DNA from: Tepidisphaera sp.
Lineage (GTDB): Bacteria > Planctomycetota > Phycisphaerae > Phycisphaerales > UBA1924
Reading direction: 5' to 3'
Length of the DNA: 64,000 nucleotides
NCBI GenBank assembly: GCA_050916045.1
Contig: CP051526.1
Span: 2,240,001 to 2,304,000, forward strand
The notes under the pieces were generated by a model. That model ran no database searches, was not told the origin of the DNA, and saw only the letters and a program-made list of their open reading frames with translations. Shown piece by piece: positions 19,501-27,788 of the stretch (the stretch's first letter is position 1; every line of letters begins with the position of its first letter). A program made the translations under genes and the position numbers.

Positions 19501-20520
19501 CCGCCCCGCATCGTAAAAGTTCCGCCGCTCGAGGCCCGTATCCACCACATGCCGAATCCCCGGCACCGTGAGCGATGTCTCCGCGACGTTCGTCGACAAA
19601 ATCACCCGCGTCTTGCCGCCCGCTTTCCAATGGAAAATCCGATCCTGCTCCGCGTTGCTCAGCTTGGAGAAAAGCGGCAGCACCTCCGCATCCACCCGCG
19701 CCGCCCGCAGCGCCTCCGCACACCGCCTGATCTCCCGCTCGCCGGGCAGAAACACGAGCACATCCCCCGCCGCGACCGTCGGCCCCGTCAGTTCATCCAC
19801 CGCTTCCACGACGGCCTGCGGATCAACCTCCGGATCCTCATCCTCGTGCCACCGCGCCGTGCGATACCGCACCTCGACGCCGTACGTCCTCCCCGAAACC
19901 TCAAGCACCGGCGCAACCGCCGGCCCGCCGAAGAAATCGCTGAACCGCCTGGGCTCGATCGTCGCCGACGTCACGATCACCCGCAGATCGCTCCGCCGCT
20001 CAAGCAACCCCTTCAGATATCCGAGCAGGATGTCCACGTTGAGCGACCGCTCATGGGCTTCATCCAGAATCACCGTCGAATACGCCGAAAGCTCCGGATC
20101 CTGCGCGATCTCCGCAAGCAGCATCCCGTCCGTCATCACCGTGATCCCGGTCTCCCGGCTCACCCGCTCCTCAAACCGCACCTTGTACCCCACCAGCCCG
20201 CCGACCCGCACCCCCATCTCCTCCGCGATCCGCGAAGCCACCGCCCGCGCCGCAAGCCGCCGCGGCTGCGTATGCACGATGCCTCCCCCGCCCCCGGCGG
20301 GGGAGGTGCCGAGTCTGTGGGGGCGAGGCGGAGGGAGTTCCCCCCGCGAGCCGGGGCGTGTCGCCCCGCCGTCTTCCCTCATCCCCCACACAATCTGCGG
20401 CAACTGCGTCGTCTTCCCCGACCCCGTCTCTCCCGTCAAAACCAAAACACGAAACCGCCGAAGCAGATCCTCGATCTCCCCACGCCTCTGCACCACCGGC
20501 AACGTCAAATCCAAAGCCAT
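16576..20520 (-). CDS. hrpA: ATP-dependent RNA helicase HrpA (DEAH, with HrpA C-terminal extension)
   Basis: GETGSGKTTQLP, TQPRRLAA, DEAHERS, TSAT, STNVAETSLTVP, QRKGRCGR, C-terminal RWALEELRLAMFA; start at MALDL. Confidence 0.95.
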   Translation of the reverse strand: MALDLTLPVVQRRGEIEDLLRRFRVLVLTGETGSGKTTQLPQIVWGMREDGGATRPGSRGELPPPRPHRLGTSPAGGGGGIVHTQPRRLAARAVASRIAEEMGVRVGGLVGYKVRFEERVSRETGITVMTDGMLLAEIAQDPELSAYSTVILDEAHERSLNVDILLGYLKGLLERRSDLRVIVTSATIEPRRFSDFFGGPAVAPVLEVSGRTYGVEVRYRTARWHEDEDPEVDPQAVVEAVDELTGPTVAAGDVLVFLPGEREIRRCAEALRAARVDAEVLPLFSKLSNAEQDRIFHWKAGGKTRVILSTNVAETSLTVPGIRHVVDTGLERRNFYDAGRKVQTLPVVRVSRASADQRKGRCGRVAAGVCVRLYSEKGYQARPVFTEPEIRRTSLASVILQVSAMGLSLERLPLLDPPDAKAVAEGYETLVELGAVTKGTRVGEPGSGYRITEVGRRLSRLPVDPRIGRMLVAAEAEGCVGEVVVLAAGLSIQDPRERPMERAGAADEAHKVFRDESSDFLTLLNVYEQYQHAAEDRGSSALASWCREHFINANRMREWEETARQLGDLMAPGETKAPPPALLRSATSPAGGGGGERIHRALLTGLLSNLACRTDGSGYEYKGVKGNVVSLFPGSVLFKKGPKWIMAAEVVQTTKLYARTVAGVPAEWIEELAGHVLDRQLTDPHLDAETGEPSAWERSTMNGIVVVPRRRVAIAGSDPERARGLFIRDALVLGKWKGAGGYVGRVRKVLESAASVQAKLRRRGVVKSEAELVAWFERALPKSVVDPGTLVEWRASTQDANAGVPGLGDVLNPEAARAASEEAYPSVLACEAEKPVPLAYVFEAGSDEDGVTATVDVGDLPAITAERAAWLVPGMLPEVVAGLFKTIGKQERQKIEAKGELGEVASGVAEVLEFGKGAIAAAVAEAVGVLHGVTIEAGAFSPKALPAYLKLRVVVMDGEKEVGAGRDVAELQEKLEAKVAKARGARAKARFEREGIVAWDFGTLPETIEEEGRFPALVDRGEACALTLVGSKEEAAAATVLGVRRLFAIACKEQIAHELDALAAWPELVKHYGHFGTAAALRSDLTCLIAERAFLSGGAVPRTAEQFDERQQAGWGRLSIVVREVADVVGRILEPRFLVAKRLASGTNRHWAMSMADLREQAAYLMPPGFVLLVPWERLKEFPRYSAAMRARLLGLREDGSGAEKQLLEQYLPHWKKFTGWVAAAMSKEREAEEAGAALATKTKAALPQSRRAAPTVNLDAGAWAMQPGKLPAAVEKYRWALEELRLAMFAPELAGKNAPTVAGVAQMWKGTGG
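18736..18795. repeat. Palindromic element, family A, in frame inside hrpA
   Basis: gcctcccccgcccccggcgggggaggtg is identical (28 bp) to 20281-20308; related copies at 37870-37985. Confidence 0.85.
20281..20370. repeat. Compound palindromic element, family A plus A2, in frame inside hrpA
   Basis: 28-bp hairpin as above plus cgcgagccggggcgtgtcgccccg, also seen at 20549, 21511 and 37842. Confidence 0.85.
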
Positions 20521-20548
20521 GCCACAGGGTAACTCCTCCCCCGCACCA

Positions 20549-20632
20549 CGCGAGCCGGAGCGTGTCGCCCCGTCCCCCTTCTCCCCGTCGCCTCGACCGG
20601 GAGAAGGTCCCGCACCAGCCGGGATGAGGGTC
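20549..20632. repeat. Intergenic REP-like elements upstream of hrpA
   Basis: cgcgagccggagcgtgtcgccccg followed by ccttctcccc..gggagaagg..gggatgaggg hairpin element. Confidence 0.7.
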
Positions 20633-20738
20633 TTCGTTGGTCCACCAAAACACACACTGCTCACCGACCCGCGTTATGCTCCTCGCTCCACCTCTCACCG
20701 GCCCAATCCACCCGAGCGAAGACCTCCGAAATCACCCC

Positions 20739-21500
20739 ATGCTGCCCCCAGCGTCCGACCCCCAGCTCGCGTTCAAGGAGATCGCCCGCCGAATCGGTTC
20801 ATTGCTGCGTTCAAAGGGCTTCAAGGGCTCCGGCCAGAAGTTCTACCGCGCCATCAGCGGCACGGACGAAGTGTGGCAGACGTTCTCGCGCCAGCGCACC
20901 CAATGGCGCGTCTCTCCCACCGATCCCGTGAACTTCACGGCAAATGTTTACCTCTGCTTTCCCAAGCTTGACCAAGAGGCACTTGAGCGAGTGTTGGAGT
21001 GCAGCGTGGACCGCCCCAACAACCGCACGCCCAAATCATTCGGATACGGCGACCTGCAACTCCGCGTTGGAGATCTCCTCCCTCCGAATCGCCATGATGT
21101 GTGGTGGGACGTCGACGCCGAACTCCTGGAACCGCTCTGGTCCACGCTCGATCCCCTCTTTCACCAAACGATCCTCCCCGCGCTCGACGAGCTCGGTTCC
21201 CGAGTCGGCCTGGCAAAGCTCATGCACCGCCTGCCGTGGATGGCGTGGCCTGCAACGCTCGTCTGGCTCGGATCCCTCGCCCCCTCTCCGTGGATCGTTC
21301 GCAAGGATGCATGCGGGCTCCCGCTTCCGAAACCGTCGGACGACGAACTTCGCATGTACGGCTTCCTGATGGAAGAAGACCTCCGCAGATTCTCGCAGTG
21401 CGAGGACGAAGCCACATTCCTCGCGATTCGCAGCCAGATCATCTCACAAGCCAAATCACGACTGGGACTGGATTCTCAATCCCCTCCACCAGTGACCTGA
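20739..21500 (+). CDS. DUF4304-like hypothetical protein
   Basis: LLRSKGFKGSGQKFYR..FTANV..LRVGDLLP..WW pattern recalls DUF4304; ATG at 20739. Confidence 0.55.
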   Translation: MLPPASDPQLAFKEIARRIGSLLRSKGFKGSGQKFYRAISGTDEVWQTFSRQRTQWRVSPTDPVNFTANVYLCFPKLDQEALERVLECSVDRPNNRTPKSFGYGDLQLRVGDLLPPNRHDVWWDVDAELLEPLWSTLDPLFHQTILPALDELGSRVGLAKLMHRLPWMAWPATLVWLGSLAPSPWIVRKDACGLPLPKPSDDELRMYGFLMEEDLRRFSQCEDEATFLAIRSQIISQAKSRLGLDSQSPPPVT

Positions 21501-21510
21501 CCCGTCGCCC

Positions 21511-21534
21511 CGCGAGCCGGGGCGTGTCGCCCCG
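21511..21534 (+). repeat. REP-like element A2
   Basis: cgcgagccggggcgtgtcgccccg, identical to 20345-20368. Confidence 0.8.
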
Positions 21535-21679
21535 CTCCCTTCTCTGGACCCTCCGTCTCGCCTCACACTCCGCACCCTACACGGAAACGAACCACCATCG
21601 GCACAGATCCGTGCCCCATCCGCCAAGGGTCGCCCGCCGCCCGCAGCACATCGCCTCCGAATCAGTATGATCTCACGCC

Positions 21680-22501
21680 ATGACGCTCGGACTGCTCAAG
21701 CTCTATTCCGATCTCGCCCGGGCGGCGATGTTCAGCCCGCTGCTCGTACTCGCCGCGCTCTTCGGCATCGGTTTCGCCGTCTACGCCCCGGGAAACAACC
21801 CGCCAAGTTGGGCCGATCCCGTCATCAATGGCCTGGCCCTCTCGCTCTTCATCTCGCTCGGCTTGAGCATCATCGGTGTGCTCGCCAACCTCCTCATCCG
21901 CCGCGCCAAGCACAAGTTCGGAACCGCTCTGCTCAACAGCCGACCGCCGACAAGCCCGACGCATCCCGAGCCCCTCCCCTCCACACTCGGATCCTGGCGT
22001 GTGCGGCAACCCGAACCGGCTCGCGTCAGGCTCTCCCGAGCCAGCGCACCGATCCTGCTGCGACACGTGGTTGATGCCCTGCTCGTCGCATCGCTGTTCG
22101 GCCTCCTTGCGGTCGCCAAGCCCGCTTCAGGCGCCGCAGGCCAGACCGCGTTCGGCGTCGTCTTCCTGATGTTCGCCGTGGTCGCCGCGCTCTTCCACTT
22201 CTCCCGCACCATCGAACTTCGCGACAACGGCGATTCCCTGACCTTCACCATGTGCACGCGGTTCTTCGGGATCCCCCTCCAGCGCAAGTCCATGACCACG
22301 CCAAGACCCTTGATCGCGGCATTCCCGCTCGAGGGATTGCGTCTTTCCGGCCCCTCGGCGACGCTCAGCATCTCACATCTGTCCCCGGGTGATCTCGGTC
22401 TCTGGGAAGGCGCTCAGCTCACGCTCTGGGCCCGCGCCTTGGTTCCGTTGGTCTCGCCGGCGGATGTCGAGTCCGACGAAGACTTCCCCTCCGCGCCGTG
22501 A
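21680..22501 (+). CDS. Hypothetical membrane protein
   Basis: 273 aa, four hydrophobic segments. Confidence 0.6.
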   Translation: MTLGLLKLYSDLARAAMFSPLLVLAALFGIGFAVYAPGNNPPSWADPVINGLALSLFISLGLSIIGVLANLLIRRAKHKFGTALLNSRPPTSPTHPEPLPSTLGSWRVRQPEPARVRLSRASAPILLRHVVDALLVASLFGLLAVAKPASGAAGQTAFGVVFLMFAVVAALFHFSRTIELRDNGDSLTFTMCTRFFGIPLQRKSMTTPRPLIAAFPLEGLRLSGPSATLSISHLSPGDLGLWEGAQLTLWARALVPLVSPADVESDEDFPSAP

Positions 22502-22527
22502 TTCCTTAAACGCACGTCGAGAGCCCC

Positions 22528-22935
22528 TCACTCCCCCACCAACTCCAGCGCCCACCCCGGCCCCGAGATCTCGTACCGACCCACCTTGACCTTCCGTATC
22601 GACCCCCACTTGATCAGCCCCTTGGGCTTCAGCTCCATCGCTTCAAACGGCACCGAGAACGCCCGCGCCCCGAACACCCGCGCAAGCCACATCGGTGCAA
22701 AGTGCACGCCGAACTCATCCGCCGTCACCACAAAGCACCCGCCGAAGTTCATCGCATCCACCGCGATCGACTGGTACCGCTTCGTCACCGCACCTGCACC
22801 CACCGCCACCGGCGGATACGCCCTTGCAAGCTCAGCGAACGTGAGCTTCACCCATTGCCGAATCCCGCAAATCACAAGCGAATCCACCAGCAGGAAGACC
22901 CCCACCACCACCAGGATCGATCCCGTGCCCGGCAA
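22528..22935 (-). CDS. Hypothetical membrane-anchored protein
   Basis: N-terminal TM segment; directly downstream of the kinase, same strand. Confidence 0.6.
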   Translation of the reverse strand: MPGTGSILVVVGVFLLVDSLVICGIRQWVKLTFAELARAYPPVAVGAGAVTKRYQSIAVDAMNFGGCFVVTADEFGVHFAPMWLARVFGARAFSVPFEAMELKPKGLIKWGSIRKVKVGRYEISGPGWALELVGE

Positions 22936-22950
22936 CGACGTCCCCTCTCC

Positions 22951-25794
22951 CTACTTGCCCTCGATCTTCTTCATCGTCGCTTCCGCTTTCTCGATCCGGT
23001 TGTGCCCCTCTGGAAGCGACTTCTTCAGCCGTTCCAGCCCCTCCTCCACCCACGGCTTGGCTTCCTCGGGCTTGCCGAGATCAATCAGACACTCCCCGAG
23101 GTTCACCCGCGCCTGCCCGAGGATCCAGTGCCCCTCCGGCACCACGTTGTCGATCCCGGCGATCAGCTCGCGGAAAAGCCCCTCCGCTTCCCCAGGCTTC
23201 TTCCGATCCAGCAGCAGAAGCCCGAGATTGTTCACGACGGTCAGCGTCACCATCGCCCCATCCCCATTGACCCGCCGCCGCGACTCGAGCGTCCGACGCA
23301 TCAGCTCCTCGGCCTCATCCAGCTTGCCCCCAAGCTGAAGCGACCGGGCCAGATTCGCTTCGTACGTCAGCGTCAGGTCATCCTCCGGCCCGCGAAGCCG
23401 TCCCGCCGCTTCCGCCGCTTCCCGAAGCACCTTCTCCGCTTCGTCGTACTTCTTCTGCTGCTCGAGAATCAGCCCCAGCACGTTCGCCGTCGTCAGCGTG
23501 TCCGAGTGCGCCATCCCGAAGAGCTTCTTCTTCGCTTCAAACGCCTCTCGACCCACCCGCTCGGCTTCCTCCAGTCGTCCAAGATCCTTCAGGATCCCCG
23601 CCCGGATCGACAGCGCCGTCAGCGTCACCCGCGAGTCCATCCCAAGCGCCGCTTTCGCCTGCTCCACAAGCTCCGCCGACTCCTTGTCCGCCTCCTCAAG
23701 CTTGCCGATGTGCTGCAGCGCGTCCGCGATGCTCAGCCGCGTGTCCAGCGCCTCGCTCGAAGTCGCCCCCAGCGCCTCCTTCTGCCCGGCGTACGCCTTG
23801 CGGAAGATCTCAAGCCCGCCCGCATGATCCCCGCTTCGCTGCTTGGCCACGCCGAGCTGGCTCAGCGTGACGAGCGTGTGCGGGTGATTCTCGCCGAGCA
23901 CCCGCGCCCGCCGCTCGTACACCGTCTCCCAGATCTTCGTCGCTTCCTCCGTCCGCCCCATCGAGTACATCGCCACGGCCTGGTTGAACCGCGTCTCCAT
24001 CGCGTTCTTGTCGTCCGCGCCCAGGTTCGCTTCATCCAGATCCGCCGCGATCTTCAGCTGCTGCACCGCTTCGTCAAACCGCCCAAGCTGGAAGTACGTC
24101 TGCCCGATCGTCGAGCGGAGCGAAGCCTCCGAGTACGGCTGCCCCTTCATCGCCTCGCCCACCATCGCCGCCGCCGAGTCCAGCATCTCCCGCACCGTCA
24201 ACTCGCGGCCCTTGGCTTTCTCCGGGCTGACCGACGAGAGCATCTGCAGCAGGAACATCATGTTCGTCTCGGACCGCTTGCGCTGCTCGGTCTCATCCTC
24301 GCGCGCTTTGCGTTCCTTCGCGGCAAGCTCCGTCGCCCGCGTGGCTTCCTGCTGCGCGATCGCGGCCGCTTTCGTCGCCCGATCCGCCGCCATCCGCTCG
24401 CTCTCCGCGGACTCCTTCGCCCGCACGTACCCGCCCACGATCCCGCCCGCCCCCGCGATCAGGCCGATCGCCACGACCGCTCCCGCCGCCGCGGCCACCC
24501 GATGCCGGCGGATGAACTTGCTCGCCCGGTACGCCACCGACTCGGGCCCCGCGATCAGCGGCTTGCCCTCGAGATAATTCCTGATGTCATCCGCGAGCTG
24601 GTCGGCGCTGCGGTACCGGTCCCGCCGACGCTTCCGCATCGCCATCAGCGGGATCCACTCCAGCTCCCGGTTCAGCTCCCGCCGCAGCGAAGCCACGTCC
24701 GACCGGTGCCGCCTGGCCACTTCTTCTGCCGCCGCCCCCATCTGGCTCAGCCGCGTCGACGGCCGCGGCGGCTCCACCTCGCGGATCACCCGCTGGATCT
24801 CCGCATACCCCGCCGACCGCAGCGTCGAGCTGTCAAACGGCAGCGTCCCCACGAGCAGCTCATAAAGCAGCACGCCCAGGCTGTACACGTCCGTCCGCGT
24901 GTCCACGTCACCCGCGTCCCCATCGTCGTTCGACTTCCCGCCCCCACCCCCGCCCCCACCGGTCGCCTGCTCCGGCGACATGTACTCCGGCGTCCCGATC
25001 AGTTGCCCGTGCTCGGTGAACGCCGACCGCGACATCTCGCCCCGTCCGATGGCTTTCGCGATCCCAAAATCGATGACCTTGACGAGCGCCCCTTCCGTCC
25101 CGTCCGTGCCGCTCCCGCGCCCGCCGTACACCACAAGCACGTTGCTCGGCTTGAGGTCCCGGTGGATGATCCCGCGCTGGTGGGCGTGCTGCACCGCTTC
25201 GCACACCTGGACGAAAAGCTTCAGCCGCTCCCGCGTCCCGAGCATCATCCGGTCGCAGTAGTCCGTGATCGGCAGCCCCTCCACATACTCCATCGCGAAA
25301 TACGGCCGCCCATTCAGCGTCGTCCCCGCATCAAACACCTTCGCGATGCCCGGGTGGTTCATCACCGCCAGCGCCTGCCGCTCCTGCTCGAACCGCCCGA
25401 CCACCAGGCGGCTGTCCATCCCCGGCTTGATGACCTTGACCGCCACCCGCTGCACGATCGGCACCCGCCGCTCGGCCAGATACACAATCCCAAACCCACC
25501 CTCGCCCAAAACCCTGAGCACGTGGTACGGCCCAATCGCGCTTCCGGGCCCCTCCACCAGCGCCGCCCCGCCCGCAACCACCACCCCACCCACCACCCCA
25601 CCCACCACCCCGCCCGCCGCACCACCCGCGACACTCACCCCGGCCCCGGCCCCGAACACATCCGCCGAGAGGATCCCCCCCGCCCCCGAATCCGCCGGCA
25701 TCGGCGCCGTCGGCTCATCAGGATGAGCCGCCTTCCCAACGGGAGGCGTGGGCGGCGTGGGGGGATGGGGGGAGGTGGGGGTTGAGTCGTTCAC
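22951..25794 (-). CDS. Ser/Thr protein kinase with TM segment and C-terminal TPR (kinesin light chain-like) repeats
   Basis: LGEGGFGIVY, VAVKVIK, IHRDLKPSN, DFGIAK, GTPEYMSPE, DVYSLG; repeated LG..HP.TL..NL units. Confidence 0.93.
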   Translation of the reverse strand: MNDSTPTSPHPPTPPTPPVGKAAHPDEPTAPMPADSGAGGILSADVFGAGAGVSVAGGAAGGVVGGVVGGVVVAGGAALVEGPGSAIGPYHVLRVLGEGGFGIVYLAERRVPIVQRVAVKVIKPGMDSRLVVGRFEQERQALAVMNHPGIAKVFDAGTTLNGRPYFAMEYVEGLPITDYCDRMMLGTRERLKLFVQVCEAVQHAHQRGIIHRDLKPSNVLVVYGGRGSGTDGTEGALVKVIDFGIAKAIGRGEMSRSAFTEHGQLIGTPEYMSPEQATGGGGGGGGKSNDDGDAGDVDTRTDVYSLGVLLYELLVGTLPFDSSTLRSAGYAEIQRVIREVEPPRPSTRLSQMGAAAEEVARRHRSDVASLRRELNRELEWIPLMAMRKRRRDRYRSADQLADDIRNYLEGKPLIAGPESVAYRASKFIRRHRVAAAAGAVVAIGLIAGAGGIVGGYVRAKESAESERMAADRATKAAAIAQQEATRATELAAKERKAREDETEQRKRSETNMMFLLQMLSSVSPEKAKGRELTVREMLDSAAAMVGEAMKGQPYSEASLRSTIGQTYFQLGRFDEAVQQLKIAADLDEANLGADDKNAMETRFNQAVAMYSMGRTEEATKIWETVYERRARVLGENHPHTLVTLSQLGVAKQRSGDHAGGLEIFRKAYAGQKEALGATSSEALDTRLSIADALQHIGKLEEADKESAELVEQAKAALGMDSRVTLTALSIRAGILKDLGRLEEAERVGREAFEAKKKLFGMAHSDTLTTANVLGLILEQQKKYDEAEKVLREAAEAAGRLRGPEDDLTLTYEANLARSLQLGGKLDEAEELMRRTLESRRRVNGDGAMVTLTVVNNLGLLLLDRKKPGEAEGLFRELIAGIDNVVPEGHWILGQARVNLGECLIDLGKPEEAKPWVEEGLERLKKSLPEGHNRIEKAEATMKKIEGK

Positions 25795-25800
25795 TGGACC

Positions 25801-25837
25801 AAAAGAATAGGGATCGCGGCCGCTCGCCGCGATCCCT
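25801..25837 (-). terminator. Rho-independent terminator of the 25870-26571 gene
   Basis: Minus strand agggatcgcggc-gagcg-gccgcgatccct followed by attctttt. Confidence 0.7.
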
Positions 25838-25869
25838 TCGGTCGCCTTTGGTGGTACGAAACCGGACCT

Positions 25870-26571
25870 TTACGCGGCCTGTTTCAGGGGGCTTGGCGTG
25901 GGGCTGTCCATAAACTGCGCCGCGATCACCGACGCCCCGCCGCTCTGCCCGAACATCACGATGAACGGGCTCGCGGGCTGCCCGATGAACTCGGCCCGCT
26001 GCGCCGTGACCACATACTCGACGCGGTTGACGCCCGCGGGGATCGTCGTGTCCGTGAAGTTCCGCACGCCGACCACGGCGACGGGCGTGAATCCGCTCTC
26101 GCCCTCGGCCCGGCGCACGATCTTGTACACCGTGCCGGTCGTGTTGGGCGGGTTGACGCACTTCCACCGCATCGTGACCGACCCATCGGGGTTGAGCCCG
26201 GCCTTGAACTGCTCGGGCGTGCCGGGGGGCCCGGCGGGCGCGGGCGTCGCGGGCGGCGGGAGCTGGGCGATGGCGTAGACGCCGTCGGGGTTGGCCTGGA
26301 TCTCGGCAAAGCCGCGGATGATCCGCACGCAGTCCCCGCCCGTGCGGCGGAGCGCGGCCACGGCGTTCTGCTGCGCGATCACCGCGTTCCGCAGCGCCTG
26401 CTCGGCGTTCAGCTGCGCGGTCCACGCGGCCCGGGCCGCGATCGTGGCGTTCTTGAAATCGGTGGCGAGCGGCGTCGGCAGCCCGATCGCCGCGGCCTGC
26501 AGCAACCAGACGCCCTGCCGCTGCTCGCAGAACTCAAGGAGGTTGTTGATCCGACTCGGGAAGACGCTCAT
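25870..26571 (-). CDS. Uncharacterised protein: helical N-domain, Pro linker, Fn3-like beta domain (paralog 1)
   Basis: AAAGGA RBS before ATG 26571; aligns end to end with 45469-46215 (EFCEQ..W, AAIGL, AARAA, VY..AQ, PPG.P, LNPDGS.T..WK, FTD.TIP.G). Confidence 0.85.
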   Translation of the reverse strand: MSVFPSRINNLLEFCEQRQGVWLLQAAAIGLPTPLATDFKNATIAARAAWTAQLNAEQALRNAVIAQQNAVAALRRTGGDCVRIIRGFAEIQANPDGVYAIAQLPPPATPAPAGPPGTPEQFKAGLNPDGSVTMRWKCVNPPNTTGTVYKIVRRAEGESGFTPVAVVGVRNFTDTTIPAGVNRVEYVVTAQRAEFIGQPASPFIVMFGQSGGASVIAAQFMDSPTPSPLKQAA

Positions 26572-26754
26572 GGGGTTCCTTTCGTGGCGCCGGGCGCCGA
26601 GGGCCCGAGGCGGCACGCCCGGGGCCGCCCGGAACATCGTCGCGAGCGATCACCGCCGCCAGACTTTCTTGAGCCTCGTGCGATTTCGGCATCGATCCCG
26701 GCCGCGCACCCCTCACACCCCGCACCCCTTCCCCATCTTCTCGCCGCGCGACGC

Positions 26755-26943
26755 CCGAGGGCCGTTCATCCCATGCCGCGCGGCGATGATTCACGGCCGC
26801 GCGCCGTCCATTTCATGCCGCGTGCCATTCATTTCATGCCGCGTGCCATTCACCCGGTGCCGCGCGCCGCTCGCCCCACGCCGCGCGCGATCCACTTCAT
26901 CCCGCGCGCCGCTCGCCTCAGGCCGCAGGCCGCTGCGTCTGGT
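26755..26943. repeat. Degenerate tandem array, 9 units of exactly 21 bp
   Basis: Units start with CCG at 26755, 26776, 26797, 26818, 26839, 26860, 26881, 26902 and 26923; approximate consensus CCGCGCGCCRYTCAYYYCAYG. Confidence 0.9.
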
Positions 26944-26954
26944 ACCCTTTCCGC

Positions 26955-27788
26955 GTGCCGCCCACCCCTCCCCCCACCCCGCCCCCCACCCCTCCCACCG
27001 TCTCCCTCTTCGTCACCTGCCTCACCGACCAGTTCTACCCCCGCGCCGGTCAAGCCGTCGTCCTCGTCCTCGAAGCCCTCGGCTTCGCCGTCGACTTCCC
27101 CGCCGCCCAGACCTGCTGCGGCCAGCCGATGTACAACACCGGCCGCCACGACGACGCCCGCGCCCTCGCCCTCCGCATGCTCGACATCTTCGAGACCGCC
27201 ACCCACGTCGTCACCCCCTCCGCCTCCTGCGCCGCCATGGTCCGCGAGCACAACCTCCACCTGTTTCACCACGACCCCGCCGACGACGCCCGCGCGAAAG
27301 CACTCGCCGCCAAGACCTACGAGTTCGCTGAGTTCCTCACCAAGGTCGTCGGCCTCGCCAAGCTCGAAACACTCCTGAAGCCCGCCCTCCCCACCCCTTT
27401 CCCTGCGGCGGCGGTCACCTTCCACCCCTCCTGCCACCAACGAAGCCTCGGCCCCTCCAGCACCCCGAGCATCCTCGCCCTCATCCCCGGCATCGACCTC
27501 CGCCCCCTCGCCCACGCCGAACAGTGCTGCGGCTTCGGCGGCGCGTTCGCCGTCAAGCACCCCGAGATCTCCGGCCCCATGGTCGAGGAAAAGGTTCGCG
27601 ACATCGCCGCGGCCTTGGGTGGGGGCGGCACGGGCACCCTCATCTGCAACGACGCCGGCTGCGCCATGAATATCGACGGCGCCTGCCAACGCCTCCGCAC
27701 CGGCCACCAACGCCCCCACACAAGAACCCGCCACCTCGCCGAGATCCTCGCCGAAGCCATGGGCCTCCTCCCCGCGGAGGACCTCTAA
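26955..27788 (+). CDS. lutA: Lactate utilization protein A (CCG-domain Fe-S protein)
   Basis: VSLFVTCL, QTCCGQP, PSASCAAM, HPSCH, CCGFGGAFAVK. Confidence 0.9.
   Translation: MPPTPPPTPPPTPPTVSLFVTCLTDQFYPRAGQAVVLVLEALGFAVDFPAAQTCCGQPMYNTGRHDDARALALRMLDIFETATHVVTPSASCAAMVREHNLHLFHHDPADDARAKALAAKTYEFAEFLTKVVGLAKLETLLKPALPTPFPAAAVTFHPSCHQRSLGPSSTPSILALIPGIDLRPLAHAEQCCGFGGAFAVKHPEISGPMVEEKVRDIAAALGGGGTGTLICNDAGCAMNIDGACQRLRTGHQRPHTRTRHLAEILAEAMGLLPAEDL

Noticed and set aside
16879..20532. 1217-aa plus-strand ORF
   Set aside because: Antisense shadow of hrpA; Arg/Pro/His-rich with no motifs
22702..25785. 1027-aa plus-strand ORF
   Set aside because: Antisense shadow of the Ser/Thr kinase
26755..26943. 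CRISPR array interpretation of the 21-bp arrays (also 48228-48560)
   Set aside because: No constant 23-47 bp repeat separated by unique spacers, the period is too short and no cas genes are present
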